Shown one piece after another: positions 43,034 to 53,700 of a stretch of 64,000 bases of DNA. The DNA is from Schizochytrium sp. TIO01 (Eukaryota; Protista; Bigyra: Labyrinthulomycetes): contig SMSO01000014.1 of NCBI GenBank assembly GCA_004764695.1, forward strand, positions 863,648-927,647, written 5' to 3'. Each line of letters opens with the position of its first letter. Position 1 is the stretch's first letter. Below the pieces are notes generated by a model. The model searched no databases and was not told the DNA's origin. It worked only from the letters and a program-made list of their open reading frames with translations. The position numbers were made by a program, and so were the translations under genes.

Positions 43034-46000
43034 ATGGTTAACTCAGCAGCAGAGAAAAATGAATCAGCTGCAGTAGGCGAAGGCACGGTTTTGGTGGCCG
43101 TGACATATGATGGTTTACTTCTTGGTGATATGTTGAAAGGCCTGCCTATGAGTGTGAACTTAGCATACCGAATTTTGCACAGGAAATCAAATAAGATTGC
43201 TCCTTCAACACATACTTCTCTACAAGATCAAGCTGATGTAGAACCCTCGAGCCATAGACAAAATTCGCAGAAAACGAAAGGAAATAACAGTAGAACTAAA
43301 TGCAAAGAAATTCACAAATCAGACGATGGTGCTTTTGATAGCAATAGTGAAAGTGACACCTCTAACATTTTTGAAATTAATGTCCCAGTACATGAAACTG
43401 AGACTGTAGAAGATCTGATGTTTTATTTCACCATTCTTTTGGCAAAGAAGCACGGCGCTTCAGTGCAACCTTCGTTCTCCCATTTCTCAAGCCGTCTAGA
43501 TGCTTTTGGCGCACAGCAGCAACGTTTGCCCCTGCTGGCCCAGATCAAGGACTTACCTGTTGTCAGTCACGACTCTTCTAATACTGATGCAATGAAACAA
43601 ACAACAAAGATCAAGTACGAAGTATACTTGGAGGATTCAGAGTTAGCAGCACTCGGTGAGGCTGAAAACTTATTTGTTCGAGGGCGCAGAGGGAAAGTGC
43701 CGGGGGGCACGGAGACTCTAAGCTCCTTCGAGAATGAACATGATATCTTCCAGCGTGTTTCAGATGCAATCCAAGCAGTAAACTTTCGGCGATGCCATGT
43801 GCTATGCGATCGTATTCTTCAAGACAACAGTCAAAGCACAAAAGCCTTGGATATATCATATTTGGCTCTTGCTCGCCTTTTCGTGCAAACTAAACGTCCT
43901 GACGAAGCATATGCAATGATCTCAAAGGTGTCTCGCGACGAAACCAACAGCGATGTGATAGAGGAATTCTATGGTGAAATTGCAGCACTGAAGTCAGACT
44001 GGAGTGCTGCTGCACAACATTTTTCGTCTGCACGCATGCTTACACGAGATGGGGATCCTGAACATGTGCAGAAGTACGTACATCGTAAGGAGGGTTCAGC
44101 AACAAGGCCAATTCTGCGGGAACATTTGCTTGCAGCTGAGGAGGCATATGCCTTGCTGCAAATGGGGAATATGACCATGGCTAATGGTCTGCTACAGCAG
44201 CTACTTTTACGGGAAAAGGATGGCAATGAGAATGCCAGAGCCCTGGAGACATATGGCGACGTAGTTATGATGACAGGTTTCTTTGCGGAAGGTTTAAAAC
44301 TTAAAATTCAGGCCCTTACTGCCAATCCTGCTGACAAAGAGCTTTGCGAACGTGTGTGTAGTGACATGATTTCAAAACCAGGAGAGTCAATAATTGTTGT
44401 TCATGATGTCTTGAATAGCACGACACAACTTCGCACAAACCCAAGTGGCTGTGCTTTTTTGGCTGACATTGCAAAGTCTTATGGAGCCTTAGAGGTTTCA
44501 GAGTTTATTTATGAACTTGCAATGGTGAACACGCCAGGTCTTGCTCAAATTTTTCGTTGCGAACTTGATGTTCTCGAAATGCAACTTAAATACGTTCAGA
44601 TGCTCCAACTTTGCTGTGACTGCTTTGAAAGCTTTGACTATGGCAAAGAGTACATCAAGTATTATCTAGGAAAAGCTTGCACTGGCATTGTACCAATTCT
44701 ATATGATGCCTTGCGAGTTCTTATTCCAGGTCGAGATCCAGGGCCACGTGCACGAAATCGCTATGCATTTAAGCTGACCAAAGAGGAAGAAACAGTAGAT
44801 GATAAGATTGAATCTAACGCGCAGTGCTTTGCATCTCTTTTGTCCGAGCGGCTGCAATATATTATAGATACTGGACTTATCGTTGAAGAGTCAATGGTCA
44901 GCATAACAGCAGTATATCCGTACGCAGTGAGAAATTATGGCCGTCTTTACCATATTCTTGTAGAGCGCCACCCTTCAGCAGTAATGCCAAAACCACAGGA
45001 CCAAAAAGATGACGAAAAGTATGGCCCTACCAGCATACCTCATACAATGGCTCCTGATGCTTGGTCCGCCATAGCCGAGGATTGCCGACGGCAGGCTCCG
45101 TACAGCCACACAGAGATTTTGTTGATCGCAAGCGTTTATCAAGCCGTCAAAGCCTTTTTTCTTCTGGGTCCTACTTTTTTGCGTTTCATACCTGCCATGC
45201 TATCCCACACTGAATCATTGCGAGATTCTTTGGATGAACTACACACAAGCGCAATTCGAAATGAATATATTACCCATCTCCATATTGCCTTGACTTTGCA
45301 GTCTCATCAACAGTATCTGGGCCCGACTAGCCTACGTCTACCTCGACGAAAGATCTACATGGTTGGTGATTCGCACGTAATTTCTGCGGCCTGGCAGCAG
45401 GGAAAAGTGAATAGAAAGCCTTATATAATAGTGCCAAAGTTAGCTACTGGTATGCACGCAGCCTATTTACGCAATAATGAGCGCATTTGTACACGTATGC
45501 ATTTTGACCGGCTTATAGACTCAGTTCCAGACGAATCAGTTGTGATATTCTGTCTCGGAGAGATGGATTGCCGAGAGGGTCTTCTTGAAATGGTTCGTCG
45601 AGACCAATATACGACGCTTCAGGAAGCCGTCAATTATGTGGTGGTGATATACATCACCAAGATCATCATGTTGAGTCGGCAAAAGAAACTTCATGTGTTC
45701 GTACACCCTGTTCCACCTGCTGCAGATGGTTTACGTCCGTTGATTGACCTTTTCAATAGTGTACTGCAAGAAAAATGCATGGCCTACGCAAAGCACTTGA
45801 GCTGGATCGATATCCTTCCGAGACTGCTCGATGAATCAAACGCGGGGGACGGATGCCCTTCTAGCAATGGGTCCTCTTCAGCTTCGCCTTCTTCTCAATC
45901 GTCACGGCCAAAGCTGAAAGAAACATTTTATCTGGATGGCGTTCACTTGCACCCCACCTACAGCGATGTACTTTGTCAGGCAATGGAGCCGAGACTCAGA

Positions 46001-46123
46001 GATCTTCTTGAAGAAGGTAAATTCGATGGTGTTGCACCTCTTCGACCATGTGTTTGGAGAAAGTGGCAGGCTAAAAGAGAAAAAAGAAATACTGGAAGTG
46101 CCGATTCATCAAAGGTGCAATAA
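43034..46123 (+). CDS. TPR-like helical repeat protein with a C-terminal SGNH/GDSL hydrolase-like domain, 1029 aa
   Basis: Block I MVGDSH, block III CLGEMDCREG and block V LDGVHL; TPR-like helices upstream. Confidence 0.75.
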   Translation: MVNSAAEKNESAAVGEGTVLVAVTYDGLLLGDMLKGLPMSVNLAYRILHRKSNKIAPSTHTSLQDQADVEPSSHRQNSQKTKGNNSRTKCKEIHKSDDGAFDSNSESDTSNIFEINVPVHETETVEDLMFYFTILLAKKHGASVQPSFSHFSSRLDAFGAQQQRLPLLAQIKDLPVVSHDSSNTDAMKQTTKIKYEVYLEDSELAALGEAENLFVRGRRGKVPGGTETLSSFENEHDIFQRVSDAIQAVNFRRCHVLCDRILQDNSQSTKALDISYLALARLFVQTKRPDEAYAMISKVSRDETNSDVIEEFYGEIAALKSDWSAAAQHFSSARMLTRDGDPEHVQKYVHRKEGSATRPILREHLLAAEEAYALLQMGNMTMANGLLQQLLLREKDGNENARALETYGDVVMMTGFFAEGLKLKIQALTANPADKELCERVCSDMISKPGESIIVVHDVLNSTTQLRTNPSGCAFLADIAKSYGALEVSEFIYELAMVNTPGLAQIFRCELDVLEMQLKYVQMLQLCCDCFESFDYGKEYIKYYLGKACTGIVPILYDALRVLIPGRDPGPRARNRYAFKLTKEEETVDDKIESNAQCFASLLSERLQYIIDTGLIVEESMVSITAVYPYAVRNYGRLYHILVERHPSAVMPKPQDQKDDEKYGPTSIPHTMAPDAWSAIAEDCRRQAPYSHTEILLIASVYQAVKAFFLLGPTFLRFIPAMLSHTESLRDSLDELHTSAIRNEYITHLHIALTLQSHQQYLGPTSLRLPRRKIYMVGDSHVISAAWQQGKVNRKPYIIVPKLATGMHAAYLRNNERICTRMHFDRLIDSVPDESVVIFCLGEMDCREGLLEMVRRDQYTTLQEAVNYVVVIYITKIIMLSRQKKLHVFVHPVPPAADGLRPLIDLFNSVLQEKCMAYAKHLSWIDILPRLLDESNAGDGCPSSNGSSSASPSSQSSRPKLKETFYLDGVHLHPTYSDVLCQAMEPRLRDLLEEGKFDGVAPLRPCVWRKWQAKREKRNTGSADSSKVQ

Positions 46124-46354
46124 AAATGCTTATCTTTTTCTTAGCTTGTATCGGTTTCTTCTTCAAGCAAGCAATTGCAATCTATTCGAAAAAAATAAAT
46201 CTAATTAAAATAGAATTGATAATATAGACGCCTTCTAAATTTACACCATGTTGCAAAGCAAGAAAACCGAGACACATTCCACACTTTACATATGAGTGGA
46301 AGTTAACGCTATATATTTTGCAATCATCCTGCAACAAGATTGATTTTAGTTTGG

Positions 46355-47860
46355 CTAAATTGAAGCTTCTCTTTGCAGCTTCGCAAGCCCACTTTGCGCA
46401 GAGATGACCACAGCGTCAAGAACCATTTTTTGTTTCTGATCCAGATCGAGGTTTTGCAATGCACTCTTTGCAGCTGTGATCACCTGATTAAGTTCCTGAA
46501 TTGCTTGAGCTTCATCTTTTGCAGCTGCAAGAGCCCTTGCGAGATTTGTGCGCGTGTTGGCTGTTAGCATTGCTTTGGAAAATAGCGTTTCAAAATCTTT
46601 CCTATTTTCCAAAATATTGACCGCTAATCTAAGATGTTGACTAGCGATATATGGCTTGCCCGCAGCAAAGTAGGTGGCCCCAAGATCTGCTGCAATGTTG
46701 GCGACAAGAGGCGACTCTTTGTACGCTTTTGGATGTAGGACTTTGGCAAGAATATCGAGCGCCTCAGCAAAGTGCTCAATTGCATCTTCGAAATGGCGTT
46801 CCTTATGAGCCGCTGCTCCAAGCAAGTTAAGAGCCTTTGCTCTCAGTTCTTCTCTCTGATTGAGCTCTAGTGATGCACCATCAACGTCATCCTCGCCAGT
46901 TATCACTAGAGCCGCTCTCCACAACACCTTGGCACGTTCTAAATCCCCACGGCGATATTCAAGGATACCATTGCGCACCATCTCTTTAGTGTGCATTCTT
47001 TCTCCGTTAGCTGTAAGAAGGACCAACTCTTCCGCCTGTGCGTTTTCGAGAGCGGTCTCGACCACATCTTGCGCAAGCATTGCTACAAATTTATATCGAT
47101 CATGGAATCTATACATATCGAGCCACCGTCGTGCCTCGCGATGCAACGACGGTCTCAGTCCAGCGAGTGAAGGTACAAGGCAAGCAGGGGCGGAGCATCC
47201 AGTCACAAATGCTCTCGTAGCGTCGCGGCCCACAAGGTGATTGTATGATCGACCTCGCGCATAGTACTCAGGTGCAGCGCTCACATCAAAGATGCGGCCC
47301 ATTATTGAGAGATATAAGGGGCTTCCTGGTACTGACCCATCGAAAGTTGCGAGCTCCTCAGCGGCCATGGTCGGTGCAGCATTCTCGGTTTCGGCAAAAG
47401 AATTTTGGCGTTGATGCTTGCTATATTTGAGGTTTTGATCGACATCGGGCTCAAAACTTTTGAGGCCTGTACTACCAGTCTTAGCATATAAATTGTTAAC
47501 TATGCCACTTGATTCAAGAGTTTCTTCATTTCCGTATGCGTACTTGTAATCGTGAAAATCAAGATCGTATTCGATTTCGTTTTGGTCCTCCTCAGCATCT
47601 TGTGCCTTAAGAATTTTAAATTCAGAAACAAGAGCAAGTGCCCCCGGTCGTCCATGAAGCCGCGCACGTGACTTCGCGCGGCTAAGGTCCCGTGCTAGCC
47701 TCGAAAGCCAAAGTCTAAGCTCCTGAACATCCACAACTGCAGCGACGAAAACCACAGAAACAGCTAAGACCAGTGCCATCCACGTCAGGGCGACAGTCCT
47801 CCGGCACCTTGACGAAGCTGAGAAGCGTGGCTCTCGGTCAATAGCCTTGTGGGTTTCCAT
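46355..47860 (-). CDS. Membrane-anchored MAPR-family cytochrome b5-like heme/steroid-binding protein (neuferricin/CYB5D2-like) fused to TPRs
   Basis: N-terminal TM segment, EELATFDGS..PLYLSIMGRIFDVS..YY..GRSYNHLVGRDATRAFVTG, and TPRs such as ALNLLGAAAHKERHFEDAIEHFAEAL. Confidence 0.88.
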   Translation of the reverse strand: METHKAIDREPRFSASSRCRRTVALTWMALVLAVSVVFVAAVVDVQELRLWLSRLARDLSRAKSRARLHGRPGALALVSEFKILKAQDAEEDQNEIEYDLDFHDYKYAYGNEETLESSGIVNNLYAKTGSTGLKSFEPDVDQNLKYSKHQRQNSFAETENAAPTMAAEELATFDGSVPGSPLYLSIMGRIFDVSAAPEYYARGRSYNHLVGRDATRAFVTGCSAPACLVPSLAGLRPSLHREARRWLDMYRFHDRYKFVAMLAQDVVETALENAQAEELVLLTANGERMHTKEMVRNGILEYRRGDLERAKVLWRAALVITGEDDVDGASLELNQREELRAKALNLLGAAAHKERHFEDAIEHFAEALDILAKVLHPKAYKESPLVANIAADLGATYFAAGKPYIASQHLRLAVNILENRKDFETLFSKAMLTANTRTNLARALAAAKDEAQAIQELNQVITAAKSALQNLDLDQKQKMVLDAVVISAQSGLAKLQREASI

Positions 47861-48790
47861 CTCATCGGAGGTAGCTGCGCAGATTGAGGTTGATAGACTG
47901 CGGTGTAGAAAGCATGAGCGTAAATTGGTTTTGCATCAAAAACCAAAGTCAAAGAATAATTTTGTTCTTTACTACCTAGGTACTAACTACTACCTACTAG
48001 TAGAACCATCATGATGGAATTCTCTTTCCATTGTTTCTTATCGATTTTCTCAGCAGATAAAACAGCTCTATCATCTGATCGAGATTTATCTTGTAAGATA
48101 GGTACCTACAGTATCATATTAGTACACAACTCGTCTAGATAAACCCCACGCAAAAGCAAGAATTGCCAGAATCAAGATTATCAGAATTCTAAAAAGAAGA
48201 AAAGAAAGGATATCCCCAAGAATGCACTAAAGTAATTTATGAGTTTTAAACTGCCCCAAACTCTATACTAAAAATAGAATCAGCACTACTGCTGCCCAGA
48301 TCTGATAATTTTGAACATGCCAAGGTTAGATAGATCCCTAAGGGGATGTCACAACTACCACGTATCATAGGAAAGGTGTTCATAGAATAAAAATTAGGAA
48401 TTAGCTCTTTGCCAATCATCTTTAGAACTTGGAAAGGTGTTAAAAATATTTTTGAAAATATAGATTCTAATTTCGTTGAATTTGCAACGTTTCCTCAACG
48501 CTCACTACGACCTCAACGTTTGCAAGACATGTGCCTGGGTTTATATTGTTTAAAATATATATTCTTAATTTCTTTGAGAGCGAGTTAATCTTTTAACTCT
48601 TCATCGTTTTATTGAGCACAAAACTTTTCTTTACAACTACTGAGATATTGAAGGTTCTTCTAAATGACATTTATCATGAGTTTCCTCCTCTTTCAAGTTT
48701 TGCGTGTCCTCCTCCAAACAAAATCTACTTCACATAAATGACTATCCCAGGGATTTGCCATTTAAAGATTTATGAAAATGAGAAAGAACA

Positions 48791-48840
48791 ACAGAAGAAA
48801 AGAAAAGAAAAGAAAAGAAAGAATAAAAAGAAAAGAAAAC
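48791..48840. repeat. (AAAAG)n simple repeat
   Basis: aagaaaagaaaagaaaagaaaag tract. Confidence 0.9.
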
Positions 48841-49014
48841 CTGAACACATGCAAATCAAGAAACCATAGGCGCAACTCAAAATTTGTATTGGAATCCTGG
48901 CAACGGGGGGTGATTGCAACACCCTTCTTCGTACATAGGTGCCAACTTTATTCTCCTGGACTCCCTCTCATCTCCACTCAGCTCTCCAATTATAGGCCCT
49001 GACATCATATCGCA

Positions 49015-50271
49015 ATGACCACTACTCGCGTCGCACGCGGCGCCGCCCGCTCCCTCATGCAGGCCGTTCGTGAAGCTGCAGCGAAAGGTCCTGGAGGTAG
49101 AGGTGCAGCCGCACGCCCTCGTGTGCTTGTTGTTTCCGCTGAGCGCCGCTCTCGCACCTCTGGAAGCCCCGTCTCTGGCGCTCGTCAGGGTGGTCGCCAA
49201 GGCACTCGTAGCGTCTCCGACAGCCACTTCTCGCGACTTGTAGAGGCCTCGCTGGCATCTCAAGGCGCTCAGGTACTTCGATTCACCCTACCCGCAGCCG
49301 TGGCTGCTGGAGTTGAGCCTCAGGCTTCGAGTGTGGCCGCAGGCGTGGCTACATTGCGCCGTACTGGTGCTGATGTGGTCATTGGCCATGGCAACAGCGC
49401 TGTCCTGAGTGTGGCTGCGGCGCTTGCCGCCGTGTCAGGGTCGAAGCCTCGTGACGACGCCGCACTAGCTGCCTTCTTCTCCATTGTCGAGGACGGCCGC
49501 CTGGTCTCGGCACGGTCCAAGAAGCCTCAAGATATCGATAGTGCAATGGCTCTTCCATGGGTGGCACTACCAACTCTTCCGAGCGGCGGCGCCGAGGCCA
49601 GTAGCATTGTTGCACTTGAGGACTACGACAGGGAACGTAGACTAGTTCGGAACTTCGCCACAGCGCCGGAATGGGTGCTCGCTGACCCGGAGGCCATTGA
49701 GAAGGACCTCGGCGACGAAGATGTCAACGAGAGGAAAGACATTTTAGATGCCAGAGTCATTCATTTTCTTCTCGGAAGAGAACTCGAACTTGCGTTGCAA
49801 CCCGAAGCAATGCGCAATCAAAATGAAAGCAAAAGGACTGTTCAGGACTTGACTTACCTTGTAGACGCTGCAGAGGCTCAAGAGCAGCGAGATGCATCCA
49901 AGGTTGCGGAGATTCTCTTTCCAGAAAGCATTGCGATGGGAAACAAATCGAGAGGTCTCTTACCGGTGGCGCCGCATGAGATTATGGCAGCTGCTCTGAG
50001 GGATATTATGCCAGTAGACTTTGATCTTACGTGTGGATCGCTGCTGGCGGGCTCTCTTAAGATGCTCAGCGAGGAGCAAAATTCGACTGAGACAGCGAAG
50101 GCTGTTAGGGAGGTCTTGGCGAAACTCCCGTCATGCAAGGGCTTGCTCGAACAAGGAATCATCTTCGATAAGGAAAAACACTTAAGGGCAGCTTCTCAAG
50201 TGGTTGATGGGGCAACCCGAGGCAAGCTCCGCCTCGAGAAAGTGCTGCAAGTTTATGAGGAAGCGCTCTAA
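49015..50271 (+). CDS. Iron-containing (type III) alcohol dehydrogenase-fold protein, catalytically degenerate
   Basis: TRVARGA, RVLVVS, EP..SV..GV...GADVVIGHGNSAVLSVAAA (GGGS.D..K degenerate), LPWVALPTLPSGGAEAS and P..VLADPE. Confidence 0.7.
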   Translation: MTTTRVARGAARSLMQAVREAAAKGPGGRGAAARPRVLVVSAERRSRTSGSPVSGARQGGRQGTRSVSDSHFSRLVEASLASQGAQVLRFTLPAAVAAGVEPQASSVAAGVATLRRTGADVVIGHGNSAVLSVAAALAAVSGSKPRDDAALAAFFSIVEDGRLVSARSKKPQDIDSAMALPWVALPTLPSGGAEASSIVALEDYDRERRLVRNFATAPEWVLADPEAIEKDLGDEDVNERKDILDARVIHFLLGRELELALQPEAMRNQNESKRTVQDLTYLVDAAEAQEQRDASKVAEILFPESIAMGNKSRGLLPVAPHEIMAAALRDIMPVDFDLTCGSLLAGSLKMLSEEQNSTETAKAVREVLAKLPSCKGLLEQGIIFDKEKHLRAASQVVDGATRGKLRLEKVLQVYEEAL

Positions 50272-50770
50272 TTGCTGCTTTGTTTCCGCCGCTAGATCTT
50301 ATTTGTTTTATTTTCCTTTCTACGAGCCGAAGTCAAACCTTCAAAACTTCGCATCTATTAGAGAAACTTAGGGGCTCACTCGAGATCGTCAACAGATCTT
50401 ATCTATACGCTTATTCGCCGTACAAAAGCTTATCCCATTTAGTGGCATGGATCTATTTTCTTCCACTTTTTCTCATTTTCATAGCTAAATTCATATCCAA
50501 TACTCAGCACAATTTTTTAAGCTTTTGCTCATTTCCTCTTGCCATGTATTGTGGTTGCCAATTCCCTTGTATGTACCCTTTTCTCGTTTATTTTCTTTTC
50601 CCTTGCAATTCTTGTTTCAGCATTCGCTGTTCTTTGACAGTCGTATTGTAATGAAGTCATGGATATACATGACTGATAATCACAGGAAAAGCCAGTAAAA
50701 TAATAATAAAGTTAGAATAAGGAGAAGAAACAGGGAAGAAACAATCGGATCTGGAGCTCACTTTTGAGAG

Positions 50771-53700
50771 TTAGCTCAAGTCCAAAGCACGGTTAGCTAT
50801 ACCTTCGCCGGTATCATCCGCATCAATTGCATTACAATTGTAAATCGCAAAGTGCAGACGCTTCCGAAGAATCTCCTTCGAAGAGTAATTTGGAAGAGAG
50901 AGACTCATGAAGCAGGTATGTGCCTGTGGCAGATATTTGTCGGGGTCACCCGAATCCCGAGCTTGCAGGTGCGGCCCTATTGTAAAAGTGATTTCGTCAA
51001 CCTCGGACATTCGCTCACGCCCCCACACAAACCGAAGGAACTGTGTTCGGTCCTCTGGGGAAAAATCATTTCCTAAAACATCCCATAGGAACTTCACAGC
51101 GCGGTCTGTGACGCGAAGCCCACCGATGTATTTGGTACGCGAGTGAAGAAACTCCACGTCAACATCAGTTACACCACAGCAAAGGCTCTGTAGCTCCTGC
51201 CAGTTGAACATGGGCAGTAAACGCGCAGGGACCAACGGAGCCATACCTCGCTTTAAAGCATCAACTTGCGTCTTCACCTCAGTAAGACGAAATGATTCGA
51301 GCAGATCAGCATACTCCATCGCATTGCGTGGCATCACCTTTCGCTCCTTACCCAAAGGACAAAGCTCCACTACATTCTGGCTAGTGGAAGCAGAAATAGG
51401 GCCCTCGCCCACACCAGCAGCACCCAAATCAGTGCCAACACGATTATGTGCAGATGTGTTTTGTAGAGAAGAACCACGAGATATACTTAAATCTGAAGGA
51501 CTCGAGCTAGCCACGGCTTGTAAAGAAGACTCACGTGTGTGTTTATTCGGCTCCACTGACGCTGGCCCACTAGAGCCTGCAGAAATTTCACCAGACAACT
51601 CAGGAGTCTTTACATTTGCATCGCTAGGTGTCACAGCAAAAACAGTGTCTTCAAAAACAATCTTGATCTCTTCTGGTTCCGTCGTACGACGCACAAATGA
51701 CACGCGTTGCAGTGCAACATCATCAATATATCTTAAGTCTGACTCAACCAGGTGATCACGTACCAGGACCTTCCACACCAGAGGTGAAATGTCCAAAGCC
51801 AGAGTCACACCATGTCGAAGACAGGCAATTCCCAAAAGGGTTCCAAGAAATTCAAAGAGTCGCAACTCGACAGGACTCTTCAAGGAGGGTCGCGGTAGCA
51901 TTACATCGCCCAAAGATTTAGCCATCAAAGGGCTTGTGAATAAAAGAGCAGGTCGCCCGGTACGAATTTCTGAGCAAATTTCAGAAATCAAGTCACGGTA
52001 TAGACCACCCAAGTCTTGGCCTCCTTCGCCAGCAAAACGAACCTTGAACGATTGATCGCGGCGCCGTAGAGAGCATAGTGGGAAGGTCTGCACTTGATTA
52101 TACGTCTGCATGAATAAAGAGTCCTCAACAAGACCGATGTCCGCAAGTTTGCGGCTGACAGTGATTGACGGAATACTCACAGCCGGTGCCTCACTCCACA
52201 TTGGCTCAAGAACCTTAGCCCAGGCTGCAAGTTTTGTGGAGAGAAAAATTAGACGTTTTGTTCTCGTACGTGAGAGTTGTTTGCCGATTCCACCTGCAGA
52301 GTACCTCGGTGTTAAATTAATCAATGGTAGCACCTCTGATAAGCTATCATTCACACGTTTCAAAACAGCAAAACGGCCTTGAATGACCTCTAGCTCTGCC
52401 TCCTCCTGTAAAACGGGATATGCCTGCAAGGTTGAAGCATTGATATCACGAAAGCCTAATGTAGCTGTTTCCCGGCCCACCATTTTGTTAGCAAAATCAG
52501 CAAGAGCAATCCACCCATCAAGTTGCCACGGCTCGCCGATCTTTTTCATCAACTCATGATCAAGCCGAATGCGTTCTACAAGTGCATCGTGCGCGGCTTG
52601 AATAGCTTCGTCACTGAGATCATCAAAGGAGTGTTCACGGCTGCGCATCATATGACTCATGTTCATACCCATACCTAAAAGATCAGAACTTCTCTCTGAG
52701 TCTGAGTCTGTGTCCACGTTCACCAAACTACCTTCGCCATCATGTATATCTGTGCCAGTTTCATCCTCCTCTTCTTCATCGTGAAGCATGCGGTCTTCAA
52801 CATCCTCACTAATACCTCGATCCCGCAGATTCAACAACGAGTTGTGGCTGCTTTCCATTAGATCCAACGAGTCACGGTGGCCCGCGAGGTTTCCACTACT
52901 CTCGAACCTCTCCTCAGCAAGCCAAAAGTGCTCTGGTGAAGCCTGTAGAATTGGCCGCAGGCCGCGAATGTCTCTCGAGAATGACCTTGAATCTTCGTAC
53001 AGCGGGGCAAGCGTGCGGCGTTCACACTCACCAGTGAAATGATTTCTCTGTACATAAATACCATACTGCAAGGTATCTACCATGGGGCAGAGCAAGGCAC
53101 CATCAAGAGGTAGCATAGATGATAATGCGTCAAGATGATCCTCTGTGCAAACTCCAGTTACGAAAATGCGATCGTAACAGCTCAACATACCAGGAATAGC
53201 TCGCACATCCAGAGGAGGAATGCCAGGGCCACTTCCAAATTTCTTGCGGTGACGTCGCCGCGACCGTCGTCCAAAGTCAGACACGGCACGACTATGCGCA
53301 AGTAAGTCTCCAGCAAAGACTTCAATTGGACCGAGAGGGGCCCCAAAATCTGTTCGCAAGACATGCATATTCCGGCGCACACGTTTCGCAGCTACCTCAG
53401 ACACTACCAAACCATGAATACGAGCCTGCCCATGTGGAGGCTGACCATTGGAAAGAAGCCCGCCTAGAGCGAGTGACAGTCCATGGTCGCCATCACACGA
53501 AACACATAAGAAGTCGCATTCTTCTTTCACACTGAGAAGTTCAATTAGAATACCTTCGAGGCAAGGCGACATCAAGTTTGAGTTCTCTACTGACGCACAA
53601 CGCCTGAGCCGCGACATGCTGTTATCACCAGAATGCACAGCAAGAAAAGGTGCATGTGGGATATTCAGTAACGCTGCGAGAGTACGCGGTTCTGTGGGCA

